A stretch of 64,000 nt of DNA from Gemmatimonadota bacterium (GCA_036679605.1 JAZDCZ010000324.1:1-64000), one strand, 5' to 3'. Shown: positions 47,874-56,769, counted from the stretch's first letter. Translations and numbers: made by a program. Notes: generated by a model not told the origin, from the sequence alone.

Positions 47874-48866
47874 ATGACCCTCGTTCCAGTGTCCACCGGA
47901 ATACGTGCGGCAAAGAAGAGATCTCAGCAAGTGGCCATGACTAGGCAATCTCCCAACGATACTCGTTATCCGTTCCCTGCGATCGTATCGGGCGTGATCG
48001 CTGGCGCGGGTCTGGCCGGCGTCCTGTCGCTGTTTCCCTTCGGGGGTGAGTTGTGGAATGGAGTTCTGTTGCCTGCGATATCTGTGTTGGGTGGCGTCTT
48101 GACCGGCACGTCGATGAAGTTTGCGGATCAATGGGAAAAGGCAGTGGTGTTGCGGCTGGGAAAATACCGCGGGTTGCGAGGCCCCGGGGTTTTCTTTGTG
48201 ATCCCGGTGGTGGACCGGATACCCTACCACATCGATCAGCGGATCCGCACTACCGATTTCGGAGCAGAGTCGTGCCTGACTAAGGACACGGTGCCTGTCG
48301 ATGTCGATGCTATCGCGTTCTGGATCGTCTACGATGCCGAACGTGCCGCACTGGAGGTTCAGCAATACGAACAGGCCGTGATCCTCGCTGCGCAGACCGC
48401 GTTGCGGGATGCCATTGGCAAACACGATCTGGCCGAGTTGATACAGTCCCGCAAGGAACTGGGACACGGGCTCCAGCGAATCCTGGACGAGAAGATGCAC
48501 GACTGGGGAATTCAGGTGCAGTCGGTCGAGATCCGCGACGTGATTATTCCCAAGGCCCTGGAGGAAGCGATGTCGCGTCAGGCGCAGGCCGAAAGAGAGC
48601 GTCAAGCACGCATCATCCTAGGAACCGCTGAAACGCAGATCGCATCGAAGTTCGTGGAAGCGTCCAAGAGTTACGCCGACAATCCGGTAGCGCTCAACCT
48701 GCGCGCTATGAACATGTTGTACGAGAGCATAGTCAAGCGCGGATCGCTCATGGTCGTACCTTCCGGCCTGGCGGACTCGCTAAATCTCCCGGGCATATTG
48801 GGACTGGCCGGCGCGAAAGGTCTGGCGAATCCCACCGATGAGAAGGAGGATGAGGCCGAGGGTTGA
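47874..48866 (+). CDS. SPFH/slipin family protein
   Basis: VVLRLGK, LTKDTVPVDVDA, AQTALR, QAQAERERQA. Confidence 0.92.
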   Translation: MTLVPVSTGIRAAKKRSQQVAMTRQSPNDTRYPFPAIVSGVIAGAGLAGVLSLFPFGGELWNGVLLPAISVLGGVLTGTSMKFADQWEKAVVLRLGKYRGLRGPGVFFVIPVVDRIPYHIDQRIRTTDFGAESCLTKDTVPVDVDAIAFWIVYDAERAALEVQQYEQAVILAAQTALRDAIGKHDLAELIQSRKELGHGLQRILDEKMHDWGIQVQSVEIRDVIIPKALEEAMSRQAQAERERQARIILGTAETQIASKFVEASKSYADNPVALNLRAMNMLYESIVKRGSLMVVPSGLADSLNLPGILGLAGAKGLANPTDEKEDEAEG

Positions 48867-48875
48867 TCGGAGCGA

Positions 48876-49379
48876 TCAGCCCCCGTAAAAAATCTTCTCG
48901 CCCAAGTCCTTGAGCCACAAAGTGACATCGTCGGGGCGGCCTTCGATTTCTCCTGGAACCGATGCCTCCACCACCTCACCCACAACGATCGAGTGATCGC
49001 CTTTTTCGATGAACTCTACGACAGAACACTCTATTGATGCCGGAGCGCTTGCGAGAATAGGTACCCCGGTAGCGCCGGTGCCAAACGTGTGACCACCGAT
49101 CTTGTCACCGTCACGACTTGCTGGTTTGAAAAAGTCGTATGCGATGCCACCCTGATCCTTGCCCAAGACACTCAGTGCAAAGCTACCGGTATCCTTGATA
49201 ATTCCATGAACGCCCGAATCGGCCTTCACGCCCACGACCAATAGAGGTGGTGCGAATGACGCCTGTGTTACCCAGTTAACGGTTGCCGCTCCGACTCGGC
49301 CATCCTCGGCCTCGGCGGTCAATACGTACAGGCCGTACGGGATCATTCGCAAGGCAGTCTTCTTGGCGTCGGTATCCAT
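48876..49379 (-). CDS. Flavin reductase family protein
   Basis: IPYGLYV, QASFAPPL, GDHSIVVGEV. Confidence 0.92.
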   Translation of the reverse strand: MDTDAKKTALRMIPYGLYVLTAEAEDGRVGAATVNWVTQASFAPPLLVVGVKADSGVHGIIKDTGSFALSVLGKDQGGIAYDFFKPASRDGDKIGGHTFGTGATGVPILASAPASIECSVVEFIEKGDHSIVVGEVVEASVPGEIEGRPDDVTLWLKDLGEKIFYGG

Positions 49380-49418
49380 GTAATCCTCTTCGTTAGTTGT
49401 GTGTTCAAAGAAAGCCCG

Positions 49419-49874
49419 TTATGGGTATTCCGGTCCCAGCGGCCATACTCGCAGCGGAATTTGCCGCTGCGTACATGCGTTCTCGAGAACGGAGTAATAG
49501 GGTGCCCAGCCATCCGTCTCCCGAGGCCTGGCGTAAAAAAGAATCGATGTCGCACCTCGCGTAACGAACCGTTCCGCTACTCTTGCAACAAGAGTGGCAA
49601 TGCCATCGGCGACTAGCAAGTGATCGTAGTGGGGAATCCGGTCGTCGGCGTCGAGTAGTCCGTACTTTCCGGAGAGAATCGCGAACGGCAGATCCAATCG
49701 CTTGCTCTCGGCAAAGACGTATTGAATCCGCTTACTGATGTATCTGTGAATGGCCGGTAGCGGATCCGGATCCCTACGCTTTCGCTTGCAGCAAATTGTG
49801 CAGAGATATTGCACGGCGATTCCCAGGTCTCCAAGGTGCTCGGCCATAGGCCGAGTTGTCTCGCTCGGCACCAA
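49419..49874 (-). CDS. Hypothetical protein (DUF6884-like)
   Basis: CCKRK..ILSGKYGLL..IPHYD pattern. Confidence 0.6.
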   Translation of the reverse strand: MVPSETTRPMAEHLGDLGIAVQYLCTICCKRKRRDPDPLPAIHRYISKRIQYVFAESKRLDLPFAILSGKYGLLDADDRIPHYDHLLVADGIATLVARVAERFVTRGATSILFYARPRETDGWAPYYSVLENACTQRQIPLRVWPLGPEYP

Positions 49875-49927
49875 CGTCAGTCTGACCTCGTGCGTAATCC
49901 TACATAGTCAACAGGTTTACTTGAAGG

Positions 49928-50614
49928 GTGAACAGAGACCTAACCGATAGCGAGAGGCGGAGAATGGTAGAAGCAAAGGTGGCGGTATCGATAGTAGCGC
50001 TTACGGTCTTGCTTGGAGCGACGGGAATGAAGCCCGCAGTATCGCCGTCGAGCGTAGGAGATAGCACTAGGCTGGTGCTGGCGCCCGAGGGTAACGAAGC
50101 GCGCTACATGGTACGGGAGCAGCTCGCACGATTGTCGTTCCCCAGTGATGCCGTGGGTATGACCAAGGACCTTACAGGTGCACTCGTGATCGATGAGCAT
50201 GGCAAGGTGGTGCCGTCGGAGTCGAGGTTCACGGTAGACGTTACCACACTGAAGAGCGATCGTGAGCGCCGCGACCGGTATCTTCAACGCCGCACACTTC
50301 ATACGAGTGAGTTTCCCACGGTCGAGCTGAATCTGACCGAATTACCGGGGCTCCCTGTTCCCCTACCCGCGTCTGGGGCCTTCGACTTCGAACTCGTGGG
50401 TGATCTAACTGTTCATGGAGTCACGCGGTCTACAAGGTGGAAAGTCGTTGCGGAGGCTGAAGGTGCAGGGTTCTCCGGCACGGCGTCCACGTCATTCACC
50501 TTTGGCGACTTTGGTCTCGCCAAGCCCCGCATCGCCATGCTGTTAAGCGTCGCAGACACCATTCGGCTGGAGTACGATTTCCACTTGATCCCCGATCAGA
50601 AAGCTGAGCCATAG
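49928..50614 (+). CDS. YceI family protein
   Basis: LKSDRERRD, FPT, GDLTVHGVT. Confidence 0.9.
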   Translation: MNRDLTDSERRRMVEAKVAVSIVALTVLLGATGMKPAVSPSSVGDSTRLVLAPEGNEARYMVREQLARLSFPSDAVGMTKDLTGALVIDEHGKVVPSESRFTVDVTTLKSDRERRDRYLQRRTLHTSEFPTVELNLTELPGLPVPLPASGAFDFELVGDLTVHGVTRSTRWKVVAEAEGAGFSGTASTSFTFGDFGLAKPRIAMLLSVADTIRLEYDFHLIPDQKAEP

Positions 50615-50625
50615 AGGTTCTCGAG

Positions 50626-51162
50626 CTAGCGGTTCAGTTGCGCGAGGCGGGCCGAGCATTCTGCAACACCCGTCTGCACATTGAGCGCCGTGTAGAGTGC
50701 CTTGGCCTCTTCCCACAATCGTCTCGCTTCTGCCACATCTCCCGAATCTTGTTTGAGGATCGCCAGCGGCCGGATGGCGTTTGCGAGATCGAGCTTGGGA
50801 GCCCGCTCGTGGTTGCGATATAGAGCAAGCGCCTCGTGGTAACATGGCTCTGCTAGTTCCGCGCAACCCGCATCCCGGTGGATGTCGCCTAAGTGTCGCA
50901 CGGTGTGCGCCAATGTGAGAGGGTCACTCTCTTCGCGGCAAAGGGCGACGGCCTCCTCGTACAACGGCCGCGCCGCATCGCCGTGTCCGGAATCTCGCTC
51001 GATTTGCCCCAGTGCCTTGAGCGCCCGCACCAACTCCTGTCGTTGGCCGGCCTGACGACAGAGCGACACCGCCGCCAGCAGATCGCGATGGGCATCGGCC
51101 AGTCGGTTCTCTCGCCGCGCGGAATCGGCGCGTCGAAGGAGTGTTTCGGCAGAATCTGACAT
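50626..51162 (-). CDS. Tetratricopeptide repeat protein
   Basis: Repeated LG......G....A...Y.EAL units. Confidence 0.85.
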   Translation of the reverse strand: MSDSAETLLRRADSARRENRLADAHRDLLAAVSLCRQAGQRQELVRALKALGQIERDSGHGDAARPLYEEAVALCREESDPLTLAHTVRHLGDIHRDAGCAELAEPCYHEALALYRNHERAPKLDLANAIRPLAILKQDSGDVAEARRLWEEAKALYTALNVQTGVAECSARLAQLNR

Positions 51163-51263
51163 TCTGGCCTCGTTGGTGAGGACGTCGCGCGATGCAAGGA
51201 CCGCCATGGCAATATCGGTGAGTTGAGAGTGACCGGCAACTCGGCGACGGTGAGGTTCATGCG

Positions 51264-51362
51264 TTACTCGGTCATCGCGACGTGCGGACAACGATGATCA
51301 ATGCGCACGTGCTGAACCGGCCGGGGCTCGGTGTTAGGAGCCCGGCGGACGAGATGGGATAA
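51264..51362 (+). pseudogene. intI: C-terminal relic of an integron integrase
   Basis: Translates [32 protein letters not shown], matching the IntI tail LLGH.DV.TTMIYTHVLNR...GVRSP.D. Catalytic Tyr replaced by Asn. Confidence 0.88.
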
Positions 51363-51580
51363 CCCGCTTGCTAACTCGCTACGCGGCGTAGTGGACTGCT
51401 TCCCAGGCTGCATATTGCCGGGTGCAGATCGGAACCGTATTCTTGAAGTTGTTGTGAGTGTTGGACTAACGCGAAGGGCCCTTGCGCTAACTGGCCGGAA
51501 AGCAATAGGAGCCACGGCGAGACAACTCGGAGCCGTGTTTCACCCCTGTGCCACGCAGCTGAGCGCCCAATCCGTTATGC
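51363..51580 (+). other. Putative attI-containing region and first cassette junction
   Basis: Non-coding stretch between the intI stop and GTTATGC (51574-51580); no complete attC left arm. Confidence 0.5.
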
Positions 51581-51599
51581 CGCAGAGGATGGGGGAGAT

Positions 51600-51686
51600 A
51601 TGGGACCGGGACGGTACATCGAGGTGAGATGTCTAGTTGGCTTGGTCGCCTGCTTCGTGATCGGCCATCCGCTGAGTGCGTTCTAA
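51600..51686 (+). CDS. 28-aa hydrophobic cassette ORF, possibly truncated
   Basis: GGGGGAGA RBS; MGPGRYIEVRCLVGLVACFVIGHPLSAF*; stop lies in the R'' box. Confidence 0.4.
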   Translation: MGPGRYIEVRCLVGLVACFVIGHPLSAF

Positions 51687-51781
51687 CAAGCGATTGCTAC
51701 TGGCACGTATGACATCAGGGTCGCGCGCTACGCACGCGGAGGTCAGATTGCACACGCGGTAGAATTGCAAATCCGTTATAC
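51681..51781 (+). other. attC site A
   Basis: R'' TTCTAAC; GCGATT[G]CTACTG pairs with CGGTAGAATTGC; R' GTTATAC. Confidence 0.85.
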
Positions 51782-51838
51782 CGCACAAGTTTACGATCCG
51801 ACCCCATCATTTCGTCCTCGGTTGACCCCCTTCGACAG

Positions 51839-51859
51839 AGTAATTACATTGTAATTACT
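51839..51859. promoter_or_regulatory. TA operator palindrome
   Basis: Perfect AGTAATTACA-T-TGTAATTACT upstream of the antitoxin. Confidence 0.8.
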
Positions 51860-51875
51860 ACATCAGAGGTAAACA

Positions 51876-52124
51876 ATGAAAACTAGGATTGTCAAAATCG
51901 GAAACTCTCGCGGGATCCGGATTCCCAAGCCGTTACTTGAACAGGCTGGCCTCCAAGATGAAGTCAAACTCGAGATCGATGAAGATGGCCTCCGTATTAC
52001 ACCTTCAGCCAACGTGCGTAGGGGGTGGAGTGAAGCAGCTCAAGTGATCGCAAATCGGGGCGAAGATGGCCTGCTTGATACGGAGACTCAGACCAACTTC
52101 GACGTGGCGGAGTGGACGTGGTAA
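51876..52124 (+). CDS. AbrB/MazE family antitoxin
   Basis: KIGNSRGIRIPK. Confidence 0.92.
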   Translation: MKTRIVKIGNSRGIRIPKPLLEQAGLQDEVKLEIDEDGLRITPSANVRRGWSEAAQVIANRGEDGLLDTETQTNFDVAEWTW

Positions 52125-52453
52125 CGACTACCCGGCCCCGAAGAGGTGACGTGTTCCTGATTGGACTAGATCCGACAAGAGGGCGAGAGATCCGCAAAAC
52201 GCGGCCCTGTCTGGTAGTGTCGCCCGACGAACTGAACGCCCATCTCAGCACGACTATTGTCGCACCAATGACCACCGGAGGGCATGCGTACCCTTTCCGC
52301 ATTCAATGTCGTTTTCAGCGCAAGTCGGGCTTCGTGGTGCTAGATCAACTCCGCACCATCGATTCTGCTCGATTAGTGAAGAAACTTGGCAAGGTATCTC
52401 CGACAATCCTGTCTAAGGTGCTGGACAGACTCCGCGAGATGTTCACGGCCTAA
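52112..52453 (+). CDS. PemK/MazF family toxin
   Basis: RGDV..LDPTRGREIRKTRPCLVVS..DQLRTID..RL. Confidence 0.93.
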   Translation: MDVVTTTRPRRGDVFLIGLDPTRGREIRKTRPCLVVSPDELNAHLSTTIVAPMTTGGHAYPFRIQCRFQRKSGFVVLDQLRTIDSARLVKKLGKVSPTILSKVLDRLREMFTA

Positions 52454-52462
52454 AGGAGTGCG

Positions 52463-52598
52463 GCATAACTAGCGCATGATACTGACGCCGCCGCGAGCGT
52501 CCGTAGCGGTGGATACTTGGTTCAATACGAGAGTACTATCATGGGTATGAAGAGGAGGGTTGGAGGAGCGGCGCAGTATACGCGCAATGTCGTTAGGC
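52463..52598 (+). other. attC site B
   Basis: R'' GCATAAC; GCGCAT[G]ATACTG[A]CGCCGC pairs with GCGGCGCAGTATACGCGC; R' GTTAGGC. Confidence 0.9.
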
Positions 52599-52625
52599 GG
52601 ACAGGTTCAGCTCGCGAAGGAGATC

Positions 52626-53150
52626 ATGACAGTGGCCAAAGCGATCATCGGTTTCTTGGCGGGCAGCCTCGTAACGTCGCTCATCGCCTGGGCCTTCGCC
52701 ATCCCGCAGGTACGCCAATCGTACCGCACGCCACCCCCCAACCACCGCACATCGGAGGTTCACATGAAGCGAGTCACTGGCATCGGCGGCATCTTTTTCA
52801 AGGCGAAGGATGCACCGGCGCTGCAGGCTTGGTACAAGGCTCATCTCGGCATCGATGTCCAGGCGTGGGGCGGTGCCGCATTCGACTGTGTCGACTCGGA
52901 TGGCAAGCCCACCGGCGGAACGACCACCTGGTTGGTTGCTTCGGAGGAAAGCAAGCAGTTTGCTCCAAGCAAAGCCTCGTTCATGGTCAACTACCGCGTT
53001 GAAGACCTTCACGCTCTGGTCGCGGCGCTCAAGGCGGAGGGCTGCAACGTCCTCGACAAGATCGATGACTCTGAGTACGGCAAGTTTGGCTGGGTCATCG
53101 ATCCCGAGGGAAACAAGGTTGAATTGTGGCAACCACTTGCCGGTCAGTGA
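52626..53150 (+). CDS. VOC/glyoxalase family protein, cassette-borne
   Basis: RVTGIGGIFFKA..MVNYRV..DPEGNKVELWQP; alternative start at 52764 with GGAGG. Confidence 0.9.
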   Translation: MTVAKAIIGFLAGSLVTSLIAWAFAIPQVRQSYRTPPPNHRTSEVHMKRVTGIGGIFFKAKDAPALQAWYKAHLGIDVQAWGGAAFDCVDSDGKPTGGTTTWLVASEESKQFAPSKASFMVNYRVEDLHALVAALKAEGCNVLDKIDDSEYGKFGWVIDPEGNKVELWQPLAGQ

Positions 53151-53181
53151 AACGCGCCCACGCTCCCTGCGGCAGTCTGCG

Positions 53182-53259
53182 GCCTAACCCTTCGCTGCAG
53201 CCGACCTGCTACCCCTGGCTCCGCCAGCCTCCGCAGGCGGCTGAACTCAATCGTTAGGT
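53182..53259 (+). other. attC site C
   Basis: R'' GCCTAAC; CT[G]CAGCCG[A]CC pairs with GGCGGCTGAA; R' GTTAGGT. Confidence 0.93.
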
Positions 53260-53281
53260 GGCTCCGACGGGAGGTCAAGAT

Positions 53282-53887
53282 ATGACCGCCATCGCGACAA
53301 ACGGGGACGACGTGAGAATGGAAGCGGCGCGCATCGCCTTCGCACTGATCCGCTTTGAGGGAGTCGCGGCCCACCCGATGGGAGCGTCCATACCGCCAGA
53401 CTCGCTCCGGGTCGGGACCGAGGCGTTCTTCCTCCCGTCCTGGCGCGAAGTTCCATACGACGAGGTCGAAGCCTTCCTCGTCGGCTTGCCGTCCCCCGCG
53501 CTACTGGCACCGACCACGATGCGCGGCGTAATTGCGCTCGCGCTATTGCACGAGCTGAGTGGCGATCGGCAACGCTGGGCCGAGAAGACCCTGAGCAACT
53601 TCGCCGCAGGGCTTGAGGAGATCGCCCCGCAGCTTGGCTTGTCGCCCACGTCGCGCATTCTGCTCGAGTTTGACCAAGAATCGCATGCTTTTTCCTTTGC
53701 CGGGATCCGCGAATGGACGCAGCAACTTCCCGTGCAAGTGGGGTGGAGCATCTCGCCGCTTGAGGGCGACGACCGCGCGGACGCTTGCATGATGCTGAGG
53801 CGCAGCGATGGCAAGCGGTTTCCGGGACAGTCGTGCACGATCCCGCCCGGTTGGTCGCCTCGTGAGCCTGAGAGCGGAGCCACCTAA
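53282..53887 (+). CDS. Hypothetical cassette protein
   Basis: GGAGG RBS; stop inside R''. Cassette ends GTTAGGTGGCTC and GAGCCACCTAAC are exactly complementary. Confidence 0.75.
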   Translation: MTAIATNGDDVRMEAARIAFALIRFEGVAAHPMGASIPPDSLRVGTEAFFLPSWREVPYDEVEAFLVGLPSPALLAPTTMRGVIALALLHELSGDRQRWAEKTLSNFAAGLEEIAPQLGLSPTSRILLEFDQESHAFSFAGIREWTQQLPVQVGWSISPLEGDDRADACMMLRRSDGKRFPGQSCTIPPGWSPREPESGAT

Positions 53888-53994
53888 CGCGCGCCTGAAG
53901 CTGGCAGGCGGAGAGGATTCGATTGGTTGGTGCGTATGGTGAGAGTTAGAGAACGACTGAGTCGCCTGTAGCTTACGCGCCGGAGCCGTTAGGC
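53882..53994 (+). other. attC site D
   Basis: R'' ACCTAAC; T[G]AAGCTG[G]CAGGCG pairs with CGCCTGTAGCTTA; R' GTTAGGC. Confidence 0.88.
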
Positions 53995-54013
53995 GGCGCC
54001 ATAGGAGGCTTAT

Positions 54014-54208
54014 ATGACTGAAACCGACTCACCGTTAGGACGATCAATCGGCCTCTCTGGTGTCATTCGCTTCTTAGTTGCCGTGGCCGTGGTCGTCGCT
54101 GTTGGCGCGGCGTTCGCTGACGGTCACTACAGGTTGGGGATCGCTGGCGTCATATTCGTCGTGGCCGCTGTGATCCTGGGGTATCGGGCTTGGCGCGCTC
54201 GGCAGTAG
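54014..54208 (+). CDS. 64-aa two-TM cassette protein
   Basis: AGGAGG RBS, two hydrophobic helices. Cassette ends GTTAGGCGGCG and CGCCGCCGAAC. Confidence 0.75.
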   Translation: MTETDSPLGRSIGLSGVIRFLVAVAVVVAVGAAFADGHYRLGIAGVIFVVAAVILGYRAWRARQ

Positions 54209-54259
54209 GCTGGAGTGCCCCGACGGGGCAGCGATTCTAAGTCGAGCGCCGCCGAACTC

Positions 54260-54284
54260 CTAATAAGGCCTCCCTTGTCAAGCG
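54260..54284 (-). repeat. IS1111-like right-end remnant, copy 3 (25 bp), replacing most of an attC
   Basis: CTAATAAGGCCTCCCTTGTCAAGCG, 2 nt after the R''-like GCCGAAC (54251-54257). Confidence 0.6.
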
Positions 54285-54303
54285 CATACAAAAGGAGTCG
54301 GAT

Positions 54304-54519
54304 ATGAGGGCGTACATGAAATCATTTATCAGTTTTCTAGTCGCGCTCACCGGAGCAGACGCGATTTTCACGGCGTTGGATATTGACCACCATATCTTCC
54401 GTGATCCGTTTAAAGCCGTAAACGTCGTTATTTATCTCGGTGTTGTGGCTGGCTTCTTTCGGCTTACAATTTGGCTCTTGGAGCGACTTCCTTATTTCAG
54501 CAACAAACGCGGTGCCTAA
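54304..54519 (+). CDS. 71-aa two-TM cassette protein
   Basis: AAGGAG RBS; lower GC than the flanks; stop inside R'' GCCTAAC. Confidence 0.75.
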   Translation: MRAYMKSFISFLVALTGADAIFTALDIDHHIFRDPFKAVNVVIYLGVVAGFFRLTIWLLERLPYFSNKRGA

Positions 54520-54609
54520 CTCGCCGTTGCTACCGACGGCGCCCGGCGGTGGCGAGCTAGACTGAGCGATTCAGTAGGGCGCCGTAGCAGAACGGCAGAG
54601 CTGTTAGGC
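54514..54609 (+). other. attC site E
   Basis: R'' GCCTAAC; GCCGTT[G]CTACCG[A]CGGCGCCC pairs with GGGCGCCGTAGCAGAACGGC; R' GTTAGGC. Confidence 0.9.
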
Positions 54610-54654
54610 GGCGTCGGATGTTCGGTTCTACCATGTCGGATCATTGGAGGAAAC

Positions 54655-54804
54655 ATGTTCGAAATCTGGGTTAGCGTCGCGTTGCTGGGGCTGTGGAGTT
54701 GCGTCGGAGTCCTGTATGGCAACAGCAGGAAAGCCTCCAAACAACTTGATGAAATAGTGGCGCTCCTGACACGAATGGCGGGAGAGCAGCCCGGTCGCGA
54801 CTGA
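54655..54804 (+). CDS. 49-aa single-TM cassette protein (not in the ORF track)
   Basis: GGAGG RBS; MFEIWVSVALLGLWSCVGVLYGNSRKASKQLDEIVALLTRMAGEQPGRD*. Confidence 0.7.
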   Translation: MFEIWVSVALLGLWSCVGVLYGNSRKASKQLDEIVALLTRMAGEQPGRD

Positions 54805-54879
54805 CTTCCCATTCCCATGCCGCTTTGCCCTTCGCTAAGGTGAAGCATCTTGGAAATCGGAGATCGAGATTCTCACGCC

Positions 54880-54920
54880 GTTTAACTAGCAAATGATACT
54901 GACGCCGCCTTCGGGGGTCT
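54880..54920 (+). other. attC site F, left arm only
   Basis: GTTTAACTAGCAAATGATACTGACGCCGCC is nearly identical to the left arm of attC B; no matching right arm found. Confidence 0.7.
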
Positions 54921-55149
54921 AAGATATGGACATGTGGTGAGGGACGAGAGCAAACTATGAAAATGAAGAATTTGATGAGGATTGGGACCACGGCATGACG
55001 ATCACGCTGCTGGGGAAACCTCACCTCTAGCTCGGCACATCGCATTAGCGCAGCCACTCCATTGCAATCCTACTGCATGGGCAGGTTGTTCAGTTGCCCC
55101 CGTTGGACTGGCAACCTCGCCGACCGACGGGTAAGTTCGTCAGCCCCGA

Positions 55150-56769
55150 GTGTCACAGGAGGCCACCGTGCAACGAATCGCGCAACTCTCTTTCATCGCA
55201 GCGGCCGCTCTAATTGCGGTCCCCCAGCAGGCAACCGCTCAGCAACGTGAGGTAACCCCGGCACCCAACCGCGCCGAGGGTGAAGGCCCATTCAACCGGT
55301 TGGTAATTCGCGGCGCAATCGTCATAGACGGTACCGGCGGGCCGCCCCGTGGTCCGGTGGACATCGTCATAGAAGGCAATCGCATCGAGCGAATCCAAGG
55401 AGTGGGTGTGCCGGGAGTACCGCTCGACTCGATGGGTCGACCGGCGCCCGGCACCAAAGAAATCGACGCCACCGGCATGTACGTGCTGCCGGGTTTTGTG
55501 GATATCCACCTGCACACGGGCGGGGTCCCCAAGGCACCCGAGGCTGAATACGTCTACAAGTTGTGGATGGCACACGGGATCACGACGGGGCGAGGCGTCG
55601 CGTTCGGGCCGGTCGATTGGTCGCTTAGCGAGAAGAAGAGAAGTGCGGCAAACGCGATCACGGCACCACGCATGTGGGTATACCAACGTCCTGGCCAGGG
55701 GTGGGACGGCGGCCCGATAAGAACCCCCGACACCGCGCGCGCATGGGTGAAATGGGCCGCCAAGAAAGGCATCGACGGCATCAAGCTCACAGCCCATCCG
55801 CCGGCCATCATGGAAGCGCTGCTTGATGAGGCCAAGAAGAATCACATGGGCTCGGTGGCGCATCTTGCCCAAACCGGTGTGGCGGAGATGAATGCCTTGG
55901 ACGCCGCGCGACTTGGCTTGGGCACCGTAACACACTACTACGGTTTGTTCGAAGCTCTGTACGACGACCACGACGTGCAGCCGTGGCCGGCCGACATGAA
56001 CTACAACAACGAGCAGCACCGCTTTGGCCAGGTTGCGCGACAGTGGAACATGATCCATCCGCAGGGGAGCGACGAGTGGAAGGCGATGCTCACGGAACTC
56101 AAGGAGCTGGACGTGACGCTAGACCCCACGATGACCGCGTATCTCGCGAGTCGTGACGTCATGCGCGAGCGAAGGGCCGAGTGGCAAGACAAGTACACGC
56201 TCCCCAGCCTGTGGGATTACTATCAGCCGAGCAGGACGAATCACGGTTCCTATTACTACAATTGGACTTCCACCGATGAGGTGGCGTGGAAGAATTTCTA
56301 TCACGTGTGGATGCAGCTCTTGGACGACTACAAGGACATGGGTGGTCGTGTGACCGTGAGTTCTGACGCCGGGTACATCTACAACCTGATGGGATTTTCG
56401 ACAATCGAAGAGATGGAATTGCTCGAGGAAGCCGGGTTCCATCCGTTGGAGGTCATTCGCAGCGCAACCAAGTACGGTGCGGAAACGTTGATGAAACCGC
56501 TCGGCAAGCCAATCGATTTCGGGATCGTGCGCGAGGGGTTCTTGGCGGACCTCGTGATAGTGGACGAGAATCCCATCGAAGATCTCAAGGTCCTCTATGG
56601 GACCGGCGTGGTGCGGCTAAACGACAAGACCGGAACGGCCGAACGAAGGGGCGGCGTGGTTTACACGATCAAGGACGGGATAGTGTACGACGCGAAGCAA
56701 CTCCTGGCCGACGTGGCTCGCATGGTGGCCGACCAGAAGCGTGCTCGAGGCATGATACCGCAGCAGTAG
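55150..56769 (+). CDS. Secreted amidohydrolase family protein
   Basis: Signal peptide, PGFVDIHLH, SSDAG, G.LADLVIVDENP. Confidence 0.9.
   Translation: MSQEATVQRIAQLSFIAAAALIAVPQQATAQQREVTPAPNRAEGEGPFNRLVIRGAIVIDGTGGPPRGPVDIVIEGNRIERIQGVGVPGVPLDSMGRPAPGTKEIDATGMYVLPGFVDIHLHTGGVPKAPEAEYVYKLWMAHGITTGRGVAFGPVDWSLSEKKRSAANAITAPRMWVYQRPGQGWDGGPIRTPDTARAWVKWAAKKGIDGIKLTAHPPAIMEALLDEAKKNHMGSVAHLAQTGVAEMNALDAARLGLGTVTHYYGLFEALYDDHDVQPWPADMNYNNEQHRFGQVARQWNMIHPQGSDEWKAMLTELKELDVTLDPTMTAYLASRDVMRERRAEWQDKYTLPSLWDYYQPSRTNHGSYYYNWTSTDEVAWKNFYHVWMQLLDDYKDMGGRVTVSSDAGYIYNLMGFSTIEEMELLEEAGFHPLEVIRSATKYGAETLMKPLGKPIDFGIVREGFLADLVIVDENPIEDLKVLYGTGVVRLNDKTGTAERRGGVVYTIKDGIVYDAKQLLADVARMVADQKRARGMIPQQ

Noticed and set aside
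47679..48605. Long antisense ORFs (this one, 11828-12697, 55210-56058 and similar)
   Set aside because: They are shadows of well-supported genes on the opposite strand, as expected in GC-rich DNA.
51333..51339. GTTAGGA as an attC R' box
   Set aside because: It is part of the intI relic coding sequence (GVRS) and has no left arm.
51681..54609. CRISPR array
   Set aside because: The repeats are imperfect palindromes of 78-136 bp separated by genes. No cas genes or regular spacers occur in the window.
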